From Octopus vulgaris (lineage: Eukaryota), in NCBI GenBank assembly GCA_951406725.2, contig OX597841.1, positions 28,334,001 through 28,398,000 of the forward strand: a DNA stretch of 64,000 nt, written 5' to 3'. How positions within the stretch are numbered: the stretch's first letter is position 1; each line of letters opens with the position of its first letter. Below are positions 26,901-38,745 of the stretch, one piece after another. The translations under genes were made by a program, and so were the position numbers. Below the pieces are notes generated by a model that had not been told where the DNA came from, did no database searches, and saw only the letters and a program-made list of their open reading frames with translations.

Positions 26901-27910
26901 AGGTAGCTGTTAATTTCTAAAACGATATTGTAGGGTTGGTGTGAGAGACCAGATCTGGCCAGTTTGCACATAAAACAGGCAGAAAGATGGGCTACAGCTT
27001 GGGGATCTTTTTGGTTTGAATGGTACTTTTTAACCCTTTAGTGTTCGCATTATTCTGCCAAAATTTATGCTTTTTCATCCACATTGTTTTGAACTAATCA
27101 TGCATTATCTTGTAGTGATGAGATTTTGATGAGGAAGCTGTTAATTTCTAAAACGATATTGTAGGGTTGGTGTGAGAGACCAGATCTGGCCAGTTTGCAC
27201 ATAAAACAGGCAGAAAGATGGGCTACAGCTTGGGGATCTTTTTGGTTTGAATGGTAGTTTTTAACCCTTTAGTGTTCGCATTATTCTGCCAAAATTTATG
27301 CTTTTTCATCCACATTGTTTTGAACTAATCATGCATTATCTTGTAGTGATGAGATTTTGATGAGGAAGCTGTTAATTTCTAAAACGATATTGTAGGGTTG
27401 GTGTGAGAGACCAGATCTGGCCAGTTTGCACATAAAACAGGCAGAAAGATGGGCTACAGCTTGGGGATCTTTTTGGTTTGAATGGTAGTTTTTAACCCTT
27501 TAGTGTTCGCATTATTCTGCCAAAATTTATGCTTTTTCATCCACATTGTTTTGAACTAATCATGCATTATCTTGTAGTGATGAGATTTTGATGAGGTAGC
27601 TGTTAATTTCTAAAACGATATTGTAGGGTTGGTGTGAGAGACCAGATCTGGCCAGTTTGCACATAAAACAGGCAGAAAGATGGGCTACAGCTTGGGGATC
27701 TTTTTGGTTTGAATGGTACTTTTTAACCCTTTAGTGTTCGCATTATTCTGCCAAAATTTATGCTTTTTCATCCACATTGTTTTGAACTAATCATGCATTA
27801 TCTTGTAGTGATGAGATTTTGATGAGGAAGCTGTTAATTTCTAAAACGATATTGTAGGGTTGGTGTGAGAGACCAGATCTGGCCAGTTTGCACATAAAAC
27901 AGGCAGAATA
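23998..27910. repeat. Near-perfect tandem array, 17 x 231 bp, in HMGXB4 intron 1
   Basis: ggggatc recurs every 231 bp from 23998 to 27694, with about three variable positions. Confidence 0.97.
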
Positions 27911-27951
27911 CTTTTGGCCGGATATGGCCGGTTTAAATACTAAAGGGTTAA
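27723..27951. mobile_element. piggyBac-like MITE (TTAA-flanked, CCCTTTAG...CTAAAGGG TIRs), complete only in the last array unit
   Basis: ttaaccctttagtgtt ... aatactaaagggttaa. Confidence 0.75.
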
Positions 27952-28629
27952 CATAATTTCTAGGTAACTAAAAAGTTTTAAACTTTGTATACTGGTAGAA
28001 TGTGTCAAAATAAAACATCTTTTTCTCTTGGTTTTATTGAGAAAATTCTATAGTTTGTAAGATATTCCGTCTGAAAATCCGAGCATTTCGGCAATTTTAG
28101 CCAATCGATTACCTCCATTCAACTAAAATCATTTGCTGCGTCTAAAACTGAGACAACATCCTGTAACTAACCTTCAACCTAACCCTAACTTTTTTTTTCT
28201 CTTAATTGTTAAATTAATTTAATTATTACACACACGCTTTCCGTACATGGAAAGCGTGTGTATAAAATTATAGAATTATTTTGTTTGTTAATTGTTTAAA
28301 TTATTTTCCATTGCTTTCGTTTTTTTTTTTACACGCATGACAAATTAATTTAACAATTAAGAGAAAAAAAAATTAGGGTTAGGGTTAGGTTGAGGGTTAG
28401 TTACAGGATATTGTCTCAGTTTTAGACACAGCAAATGATTTTAGCTCAAAAGAGAGCATAGGATTGGTTAGAATTTGAAAAATTAAACTACGTTAAACAA
28501 ACAAATTACAATTTTCTCAAGAAAGCCAAGTGTAAAAAAATGTTTTATTTTGACACATTCTACCTGTATACGAAGTTTTAAAGTGTTTAGTTAACTAGAA
28601 ATTGTCTGCCATTCAAAAGGAAAAGATCC
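27952..28629. mobile_element. Foldback MITE (host of the piggyBac-like insertion; left TIR at 23998)
   Basis: Long inverted arms around the centre cacacgctttcc-gtacat-ggaaagcgtgtg (~28231-28260). The terminus ctgccattcaaaaggaaaagatcc is complementary to ggatcttttc. Confidence 0.8.
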
Positions 28630-28804
28630 ACAATTGGTTGTAATATAAGCACAAGGACAACAAATTTTAGGGTTAAGGGTTGGGTTTAGTCGAGGCCATC
28701 AACCACAGTACTTGACTGGTCGTCATTGTCATTGTAGCGCCGACATTATCCACCTCATACATGACTGGTATTTTATTTTACTGACTCCAGTGAAATGAAA
28801 AACA

Positions 28805-30147
28805 GGGATCTTTTCCTTTCGAACGGCAGATGTCAACACAATTTCTAGTTAACTAAACACTTTTAAACTTTGTATACTGGTAGAATGTGTTTATAAAACA
28901 TCATTTTCTCTTGGCTTTATTGAGAAAATTCTATAGTTTGTAAGATATGGATCTTTTCCTTTTGAATGGCAGATGTCAACACAATTTCTAGTTAACTAAA
29001 CACTTTTAAACTTCGTATACTGGTAGAATGTGTTTATAAAACATCATTTTTTTCTTGGTTTTATTGAGAAAATTCTATAGCTTGTAAGATATTTCCACTT
29101 TAAAATCGAGCATTTCGGCAATTTTAACCAATCGATTACCTCCATTTAGGTAAACAACATTTGCTGCCTCTAAAACTGAGACAACATCCTGTGTGAAGAT
29201 AGAGATCTATTCCTTTTGAACGGCAGGTTTCAACACAATTTCTAGTCAACTAAACACTTTTAAACTTCGTATACTGGTAGAATGTGTTTATAAAACATCA
29301 TTTTTTTCTTGGTTTTATTGAGAAAATTCTATAGCTTGTAAGATATTTCCACTTTAAAATCGAGCATTTCGGCAATTTTAACTAATCGCTGCAGTCCATT
29401 TGGGGTGAAAACATTCCGTGCTGTATGAATATGTCCCTCCTTTAAGAAACAGATTGGGTTTATTTACATTTGCGAAGAAAAAAAGATACCCTTCCTCCAC
29501 CCATAACCAACGCTAACCCTAAAACAGATTGAAATGCAATAGATCGATACTAGGGTTATAATTATGGGTGACATTTTCCTTTGACACCGCTAGAAAAAAA
29601 TCGGCGATCTTTCGTCCCTAGTAGACCTTTCCGTCGATTTCCGTAAAATTTTTTTTTTTTTTTACATATGGGCTTGCGGGAACTTTTGAAGTAATATACA
29701 TACATATACACATACACCGAGTAAAAAATTTCAGTTATCTCTTTCTTTTACACATTACTCTGTCTCTTCAAACACACTAACAGAAGCACTTCACTTACAC
29801 AACATACTGTCTGTCTCCCACACACACACATGTACATCAATGCTTCCCATGCACGGTAACTTCAAAAGAACTTCCCTCGTCATACAATCGCTTTCTCTTA
29901 GTTTCTTTCGCTCTCATTACTTCAAAAGTTCCCGCAAGCCCATATGTAAAAAAAAAATTTTTTTTTACGGAAATCGACGGAAAGGTCTACTAGAGACGAA
30001 AGATTGCCCAGATTGAAATGCAATAGATCGATACTAGGGTTATAATTATGGGTGATATTTTCATTTGACACCGCTAGAAAAAAATCCCATTTTCCGTAGC
30101 GGTGTCATATATTGTGTTGAAAACTGCCGTTCAAACGGAAAAGATCC
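28805..30147. mobile_element. Related MITE with triplicated left end and a nested TIR element
   Basis: ggatcttttccttt..aa.ggcag starts at ~28806, 28949 and 29203. Right TIR ctgccgttcaaacggaaaagatcc. Confidence 0.75.
29603..30008. mobile_element. MITE with ~90-bp TIRs
   Basis: ggcgatctttcgtccctagtagacctttccgtcgatttccgtaaaa... is inverted at 29917-30008. Confidence 0.85.
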
Positions 30148-30452
30148 AAAAACAGAGATGATTTCGGCGGGATTTGAACACAGAACGTGAAAAGTTGGAA
30201 GAGACACCGCAAAACATTTCCCCACCGGACTGTAACGTTTGTGTCAGCCCGTCGCCTATAAATGATTCTCAATAAGGCACACAAAAAAAACAGCCCCCAG
30301 TTTCTAGTGCGGTACATTATTTTATCGATCTGCCACCACACAAAGGAGGAAATACGAAACTGCCGATAAATAAATACTGCAAAACGCTCGACCAACCTTT
30401 TTTTTTTTTTTTTTAAAACAACAATAATTTTGTTATATATTTCTTTACAATC

Positions 30453-31566
30453 CACAAGGGGCTAAACACAGAGGGGACAAACAAGGACAGACAAAGGGAT
30501 TAAGTCGATTACATCGACCCCAGTGCGTAACTGGTACTTATTTAATCGACCCCGAGAGGATGAAAGGCAAAGTCGACCTCGGTGGAATTTGAACTCAGAA
30601 CGTAACGACAGACGAAATACCTATTTCTTTACTACCCACAAGGGGCTAAACACAGAGGGGACAAACGGATTAAGTCTATTACATCGACCCCAGTGCGTAA
30701 CTGGTACTTATTTAATCGACCCCGAGAGGATGAAAGGCAAAGTCAACCTCGGTGGAATTTGAACTCAGAACGTAACAACAGACGAAATACCTATTTCTTT
30801 ACTACCCACAAGGGGCTAAACACAGAGGGGACAAACAAGGACAGACAAATGGATTAAGTCGATTACATCGACCCCCAGTGCGTAACTGGTACTTATTTAA
30901 TCGACCCCGAAAGGATGAAAGGCAAAGTCGACCTCGGCGGAATTTGAACTCAGAACGTAACGACAGACGAAATACCTATTTCTTACTACCCACAAGGGGC
31001 TAAACACAGAGGGGACAAACAAGGACAGACAAACGGATTAAGTCGATGACATCGACCCCAGTGCGTAACTGGTACTTATTTAATCGACCCCGAAAGGATG
31101 AAAGGCAAAGTCGACCTCGGTGGAATTTGAACTCAGAACGTAACGACAGACGAAATACCTATTTCTTTACTACCCACAGGGGGCTAAACACAGAGGGGAC
31201 AAACAAGGACAGACAAACGGATTAAGTCGATTACATCGACCCCAGTGCGTAACTGGTACTTATTTAATCGACCCCGAAAGGATGAAAACAAAGTCGACCT
31301 CGGTGGAATTTGAACTCAGAACGTAACGACAGACGAAATACCTATTTCTTTACTACCCACAAGGGGCTAAACACAGAGGGGACAAACAAGGACAGACAAA
31401 CGGATTAAGTCGATTACATCGACCCCAGTGCGTAACTGGTACTTATTTAATCGACCCCGAGAGGATGAAAGGCAAAGTCGACCTCGTGGAATTTGAACTC
31501 AGAACGTAACGACAGACGAAATACCGCTAAGCATTTCGCCCGGCGTGCTCACGTTTCTGCCAGCTC
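30453..31566 (-). repeat. Tandem array of six ~183-bp SINE-B units
   Basis: cacaaggggctaaacacagagggg recurs 6 times, with one head at the right end. Similar arrays at 4672-5255, 41535-42570 and 46055-46600. Confidence 0.9.
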
Positions 31567-31695
31567 GTAACAAGCACTGGGCCTAAAATTTGGCGGGAGG
31601 GGTAACGTTTTATTAAATCAACTGTGGTACTGATCCCAGGAGGAAAATAGGCGAAGCCGATCTCATTGAACAATAACAACAACAACAATAATAAT

Positions 31696-31731
<36 letters not shown>

Positions 31732-31921
31732 CGACCCCAGTACTTGACTGGTACTTTAGTGATCCTTAAAGAACGAAAGGCAAAGTTGAGCTCGGTGTGA
31801 TTTGAACTTAGAATGTAACGGGTCGGAAGAAATACCGTACCGCAAAGTATTTCGTCCGACGCTCTCATAGATGTGTCAATATTCATAAAAATAGGTCTAT
31901 ACACGTATACACACACACACG

Positions 31922-31970
<49 letters not shown>

Positions 31971-32114
31971 TGCATGTAATATATATCCATATGCACGTAT
32001 ACATAAAAATGCATATATATATATATATAATACACGAATATGTGAATGTACATATGTATAATACATATATATTTGTATGCATATACCAAATAACGTGCAC
32101 ATAAAAATATAATT

Positions 32115-32156
<42 letters not shown>

Positions 32157-32489
32157 TGAATTAGAGATAAAACCACTATTATGCAACTCAAACAGTGATA
32201 GACATAAACCAATACATAAATAACAAATAATATATATTTTTATAAAACATATAACTAGATCTCAAAAAGTATAAAAATGAATGATCAATATATAATAAAT
32301 ATATATATGTTCTATATATCTCTCTATATATAATATATATATGTATATGTTTCCATATATATATATAATATATATATGTTCTATATATATATATGTATAT
32401 GTTCTATGTATATGTTATGTATATGTATATATATGTTATATATATATATATATATGTATATGTTCTATATATATATATATATGTATATG

Positions 32490-32533
<44 letters not shown>

Positions 32534-32786
32534 GTTCTATATATATATATATGTATCTATATATATATATATATGTATATGTTCTATATATATATATATA
32601 TATAAAGATATATATGTATATGTTCTATATATATAGAACATATACATATATATATGTATATGTTTTATATATATATATATTATATACATACACACACATA
32701 TATATATATAATTTAACACATATCTGTAAATGCGTGTGTATATATGTGCGCATGTGTGTGTATATAAATATACATACATACATACA

Positions 32787-32829
<43 letters not shown>

Positions 32830-33200
32830 ACCTGACTATTTACGACGAGATACTGCTTAGCGCACTTATATCCCCGTCTTTGTTCGAGGATCGGACCAGA
32901 CCAGGATGCAAACCATCAGCGTCAAAAATCTCGCTTCCTCGCCGGTCACTTTAAAAACTTATCAGTCCACGGAGCGACAGAGGACATCGAAGCGTTGCAA
33001 ATCGTAAGCTTTTACCTTCGTCGGCCTTCAAGAATCTCTTCGTAAATTCATCTTCTTCTTCAGCTTCTCGCTTCCTTTTCACATTTTTCGGAGCGGCCAT
33101 TCTCGATTACGGAGGAGAGTTGTCGTTCGTGAAAAACCCGGGGGATGGGGTGGGGGGGTGGGGGGTGCTGTGAATTTTTACGGAAGCCCAAAACTGTTAA
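32830..33200 (-). promoter_or_regulatory. CpG-rich island around HMGXB4 exon 1 with a G-run cluster
   Basis: CpG-enriched unique DNA flanked by AT microsatellite and SINEs. G-tracts at 33140-33165. Confidence 0.45.
33016..33100 (-). CDS. HMGXB4: HMGXB4-like gene, coding exon 1 (MAAPKNVKRKREAEEEDEFTKRFLKADE)
   Basis: ATG at 33100 in a CpG-rich region, 85 nt, ends G|gtaaaag (phase 1). Joins in frame (G+TG=Val) to the acceptor at 23887. Assigned by phase and position, not homology. Confidence 0.7.
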
Positions 33201-33462
33201 AATTCGTTTTAATACTATTTTACTCTTTACTCTTTTCACTCTTTTTACTCTTTCACTTGTTTCAGTCATTTTTCGCTGTAGCCATGCTGGAGCACCGCCT
33301 TTTGTTTAGTCGAGCCACTCGACCCCGGGACTTATTCCTTTGTAAGCCCAGTACTTATTCTATCGGTCTCTTTTGCCGAACCGCTAAGTTACGGGGACGT
33401 AAACACACCAGCATCAGTTGTCAAGCAATGCTAGGGGGCCAAACACAGACACACAAACACAT

Positions 33463-33493
<31 letters not shown>

Positions 33494-33615
33494 CGACAGG
33501 CTTCTTTCAGTTTCCGTCTATCAAATCCACTCACAAGGCTTTGGTCGGCCACGCAGTGGGACTGAACTCGGAACCATGTGGTTGGTTAGCAAGCTACTTA
33601 CCACACAGCCACTCC

Positions 33616-34745
33616 AGTCATTTTTCGCTGTGGCCATGCTGGAGCACCGCCTTTTTTTTAGTCGAGCAAATTGACCCCCAGGACTTACTCTTTGTAAGCA
33701 TAGTACTTATTCTATCGGTCTCTTTTACTTGTTTCAGTCATTTGACTGTGGCCGTGCTGGAGCACCGACTTTAGTCGAGCAAATCGACCCCAGGACTGAT
33801 TCTTTCTTTTACTCTTTTACTTGTTTCAGTCATTTTCCGCTGTGGCCATGCTGGAGCACCGCCTTTTTTTTTAGTCGAGCAAATCGACCGCAGGACTTAT
33901 TCTTTGTAAGCCTAGTACTTATTCTGTCGGTCTCTTTTGCCGGTTACAGTCATTTTTCACTGTGGCCGTGCTGGAGCACCGCCTTTAGTCGAGCAAATCG
34001 ACCCCAGGACTTATTCTTTGTAAGCCTAGTACTTATTCTATAGGTCTCTTTTACTTGTTTCAGTCATTTGACTGTGGCCGTGCTGGAGCACCGCCTTTAG
34101 TCGAGCAAATCGACCCCAGGACTTATTCTTTGTAAGCCTAGTACTTACTCTATCGGTCTCTTTTGCCGGTTTCAGTCATTTTTCACTGTGGCCATGATGG
34201 AGCACACACCTTTAGTCGAGCAAATCGACCCCAGGACATATTCTTTGTAAGCCTAGTACTTACTCTATCGGTCTCTTTTGCCGGTTTCAGTCATTTTTCA
34301 CTGTGGCCATGCTGGAGCACCACCTTTAGTCGAGCAAATCGACCCCAGGACTTATTCTTTGTAAGCCTAGTACTTACTCTATCGGTCTCTTTTGCCGGTT
34401 TCAGTCATTTTTCACTGTGGCCATGCTGGAGCACCACCTTTAGTCGAGCAAATCGACCCCAGGACATATTCTTTGTAAGCCTAGTACTTACTCTATCGGT
34501 CTCTTTTGCCGGTTTCAGTCATTTTTCACTGTGGCCATGCTGGAGCACCACCTTTAGTCGAGCAAATCGACCCCAGGACATATTCTTTGTAAGCCTAGTA
34601 CTTACTCTATCGGTCTCTTTTGCCGGTTTCAGTCATTTTTCACTGTGGCCATGCTGGAGCACCGCCTTTTTTAAGTCGAGCAAATCGACCCAAATGGTTT
34701 ATTCTTTGTAAGCCTAGTACTTTTTCTATAGGTCTTTTTTTGCCG
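33616..34745 (-). repeat. Tandem array of ~118-bp SINE-A tails upstream of the HMGXB4 start
   Basis: About nine repeats of cagtcatt..tggccatgctggagcacc..gtcgagcaaatcgaccccaggac..ggtctcttt. Confidence 0.88.
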
Positions 34746-34860
34746 AACTGCTAAACACACCAGCATCGGTTGTCATGTTGGGGGGGGAGGGCGACAAACA
34801 CAGACATATGCATACATACACACACACACACACTCACACATATACATATATATATATATA

Positions 34861-35725
34861 GACCGAGACCTATGGAAGTATGCTGTGCGTGAGAAGACAC
34901 GGCAAGACTAGTGAAGCCATAATCCGTGGCCCCTACCTGGGACGTAGTCAGTCCACCTGTGCATACCTTCCTTCTTGTGACACTTGTGAAGACCTGTTGA
35001 GGCAAGTGAGAATCGAATCATATCAAATCAAATCGAACCAAATCAAAATAGATGAACATCAGTGGAATTTGTATCCTTGTGGTACCAGTGCCGGTGGCAC
35101 ATAGGAAAACCATCTGAACGTGACCGTAGCCAGTACCGCAATGACTGGCCTCCGTGCTGAGGGCACGTAACAAACACCATCCGAGCGTGGCCGTCCGCCA
35201 GCCTCGTCTGGCACCTGTGTCGGTGACACATAAGAAAACACCATCCGAGCGTGGCCGTCTGCCAGCCTCGTCTGGCACCTGTGTCGGTGGCACATAAAAA
35301 ACACCATCCGAGCGTGGCCGTCTGCCAGCCTCGTCTGGCACCTGTGTCGGTGGCACATAAAAAACACCATCCGAGCGTGGCCGTCTGCCAGCCTCGTCTG
35401 GCACCTGTGTCGGTGGCACATAAAAAACACCATCCGAGCGTGGCCGTCTGCCAGCCTCGTCTGGCACCTGTGTCGGTGGCACATAAAAACACCATCCGAG
35501 CGTGGCCGTCTGCCAGCCTCGTCTGGCACCTGTGTTGGTGGCACATAAAATCACCCACTACACTCTCGGAGTGGTTGGCGTTAGGAAGGGCATCCAGCTG
35601 TAGAAACACTGCCACATCTGACTGGCCTGGTGCAGCCTTCGGGCTTCCCAGACCCCAGTTGAACCGTCCAACCCATGCTAGCATGGAAAGCGGACGTTAA
35701 ACGAAGATGATGATGATGATGATGA
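34861..35725 (+). mobile_element. RTE-type LINE 3' end (DRDLWKYAVREKTRQD*) with long 3' UTR holding a ~60-bp VNTR and a (GAT)n tail
   Basis: DRxxW C-terminal motif, then VNTR, then ggttggcgttaggaagggcatccagctg and catggaaagcggacgttaaacgatgatg. Related fragments at 7720-8490, 13770-14455, 19300-19595, 20490-20960, 22440-22720, 41255-41535, 47476-49420 and 50620-51920. Confidence 0.7.
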
Positions 35726-35855
35726 TATATATATATATAATAAAATCTTGGAGAAGAGAAATAACGCATGCGTTCGGTCATATAATAATATAAATAAAAT
35801 ATATGCATATATACATACATATATGTACATACTTACATCTACATGTATATATACA

Positions 35856-35889
<34 letters not shown>

Positions 35890-36088
35890 TACAGGACACC
35901 ACAAATAAACGTAGAACACAACGAGAAACGAAAACATAAAATCAAACAAGGAAACGGACTTTTTTTAACAACGAAAAAACAGAGTACAAGACAAACAATA
36001 GAAGGAAAATTCCCCTTCATCAGCTGCCCCTGGTTCGACTCAATGCGTGTTTTGAAATATATATATGTATGTATATAAAGAATGCCAC

Positions 36089-36492
36089 AGGCGCAGGAGT
36101 GGCTGTGTGGTAAGTAGCTTGCTAACCAACCACATGGTTCCAGGTTCAGTCCCACTGCGTGGCATCTTGGGCAAGTGTCTTCTGCTATAGCCTCGGGCCG
36201 ACCAAAGCCTTGTGAGTGGATTTGGTAGACGGAAACTGAAAGAAGCCTGTCGTATATATGTGTGTATATATATATATGCGTGTGTGTGTGTTTGTGTGTC
36301 TGTGTTTGTCCCCCTAGCATTGCTTGACAACCGATGCTGGTGTGTTTACGTCCCCGTCACTTAGCGGTTCGGCAAAAAGAGACCGATAGAATAAGTACTG
36401 GGCTTACAAAGAATAAGTCCCGGGGTCGATTTGCTCGACTGAAGGCGGTGCTCCAGCATGGCCGCAGTCAAATGACTGAAACAAGTAAAAGA
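36089..36492 (+). mobile_element. tRNA-derived SINE family A, full-length representative
   Basis: A box tggctgtgtgg, B box ggttcagtccc, CORE-like ttgggcaagt, internal (TA/TG)n and tail ggcggtgctccagcatggccgcagtcaaatgactgaaac. Other copies at 1862-2167, 3745-4150, 13060-13485, 21432-21814, 33250-33615, 49980-50556 and 52275-52660 (minus), and 59899-60882 and 61282-61655 (plus). Confidence 0.88.
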
Positions 36493-36495
36493 GTA

Positions 36496-37320
36496 ACAGT
36501 ATTGAAATATGCAGACGACATCAAGCTGTACCTTGAAATCAAGAGGACAGATCCTGATGTCTACAACTCTTTCCTGCAATCAGACCTGGACACAATGCAG
36601 CAATGGATCACAGACTGGCAACTGAAACTGGCTGTGGACAAGTGTACCACCATGCATTTTTGGAGAAAAAACCCTGTGTCCACATACTTCCTCCACAACA
36701 CTGATATCAAGAAATCCTCTTGTGAGCGTTACCTAGGCATCACTGTCAGCAGTGATTTGCGTTGGACAAAGCATATCTCTAAAATTGTCAAGAAGGCCGA
36801 GGGTGTCTTGCCATCACTCAGCAAGACTTTTGTTAGCCGCTCTCCAGCCATCTATTTAAAGCTGTATACAGCTATGGTATGACCACACTTGGAATTCACA
36901 TCATCAGTTTGGAACCCCTATCTTGCTCAGAACATTGACCTCCTGGAATCTGTTCAGAGACGTGCAACCAAATGCATACCCTCCATCAGACACCTACCAT
37001 ACTCTGAGCGCCTTGTTTCCCTGGGCATGGATTCACTGAAGCTCCGGCGTCTGGCGATGGACTTGGTAAACACCCACAAAGTTATCAACCACCTCACCAA
37101 CAACAACACTGAACACCTTTTTGATCTCCATGTGTCTAATACACGTGGACATGCCTACAAAGTCAGAAAACAACACAGCTCCCATGACTTTCGGAAACAT
37201 TTTTTCACGCTCAGAGTTGCTGAAGCACGGAACAAACTACCTGCGTCAGTTGTTGACTGCCATGACACTGCATCCTTTAAGGCCCTCATGCTTTCCGAAA
37301 TCCACCAAAACTACACCTGA
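36496..37320 (+). mobile_element. 5'-truncated CR1/L2-group LINE: reverse transcriptase C-terminus, inactivated
   Basis: KYADDIKLY, LQSDLD, LGITVSSDLRW, LESVQRRATK, RGHAYK and FFTLRV motifs. In-frame TGA at 36880-36882. Confidence 0.92.
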
Positions 37321-37463
37321 TTGTCCCCCTTCCATACTCATACACATATATGTGTATGTATAAGAGTATGAGTATATGCACTCATATATATATGTAAATG
37401 ATTTTTTATGGGTATGTACCCACACTTATATGAGTATATATGTAATTTTGTTTATACTTTAGA

Positions 37464-37594
37464 ATCTCCGAAGAGACCTTAAGATATATATATTTGTAAA
37501 TGTCTCATTCTTAACTCCATATTGGCATACTATATATGGCTAATATGGGTAAAATGAGGCATATTTATCTGCATGGCCGAAACAGCTGTAAGAT
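37464..37594 (+). ncRNA. Degenerate hammerhead-like motif with long loop II
   Basis: atct CCGAAGA gacc..(~100 nt)..ggcc GAAA cagctg TA agat. Palindromic stem III and U4C core variant. Confidence 0.45.
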
Positions 37595-37802
37595 ATAGTG
37601 TATATTTATATTTATATCTATTTATATTTATTTATTTATATCCTCTTGTAATGATTGTACCTATTGTATCGTATTACTCATTCATGTACGCTGTTTTGTT
37701 TAACCTTAATGTTCTTATGTAGTGGTTCAATAAAGTATGTGATTGGGTATTATCTGATAGTTGATTAATGATTTAGATGTATTTCTCCATTTTCTGATTT
37801 TG

Positions 37803-37836
<34 letters not shown>

Positions 37837-38745
37837 TACATACATACATACATATATATACGATGGGCTTCTTTCAGTTTCCTTCTACCAAATCCACTCA
37901 CAAAGCTTTGGCTGGCCCAAGGCTAAAGCAGAAGACACTTGCCCAAGGTGCCATGCAGCGGGACTGAACTCGGAACCATGTGCTTGGTAAGCAAGCTACT
38001 TACCACACAGCCACTCCTACGTCTATAATAATAATAATATTTTTTAAGTTTAAATCTTGTAAATGGTTACCATGCATAGTCTAGTATCCAGCCCTCAATG
38101 GAAAAAGGTAAGGTTTGCTGTACACATGGGACTTGAACCCACACCTCTGTATATACAATGGGCTTCTTTCAGTCTCTGTATACCAATCCACTCATAAGGC
38201 TTTGGTCAGCCCGAGGCGAAAGTAGAAGGTGCCATGCAGTTGGACTGAACCTGGATTCCTGTGGTTTGGAAGCAAACTTCTGACCACCCTTAAATTTCTT
38301 GTAGTTGTAGTTTAGATGCAAACGAGCCCTGATCAGCAAATATCTATGATGAATGGCTTTCCATCCATGGCTATCTCATCTTTTTATTTTGTGATATCTA
38401 GAACGACAGGTGTGAATTTTCTTAAAATGGTCAGGTGATGATAATAACATAGCTCGGGAAGGACCCTTAATCCAAAGTCGGTATCTATTGTCAAAGGTCT
38501 TTGATGTTAATGGTTCAGAGGGTTCAGCTAGAATTTGAGAGGTACAAAGTCTGATTCTCTGCGGAGGTTGGCTGGTCCCTTTTTTCCATCTTCTAAAGGG
38601 TGTTTATCCAATTTTCTAAGCTGTCTTCATGGCCATCCAGCGTTCAAGAGGATTCCTTTATTTTCTGTAGAATACCAGCCAACTCCATTCTTCTAAGTTT
38701 CTTTACAAAATGTTCTCACATTCCAAAAGCTATTATTTAGCATCA

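Noticed and set aside
23998-27910. CRISPR-like regular array (also 10781-12800 and 47888-48540)
   Set aside because: Units are wholly repeated with no unique spacers, there are no cas genes, and the context is eukaryotic.
28165-28405. taaccc/ttaggg telomere-like hexamers
   Set aside because: Only 2-3 degenerate units within MITE arms, not a telomeric array.
35995-36060. CTGATGA followed by a small hairpin on the minus strand
   Set aside because: No GAAA box follows the stem, so it is not called a hammerhead.
36089-36160. tRNA-like sequence with A and B boxes (also 60975-61050)
   Set aside because: These are SINE heads continuing into SINE bodies. No complete cloverleaf was established.
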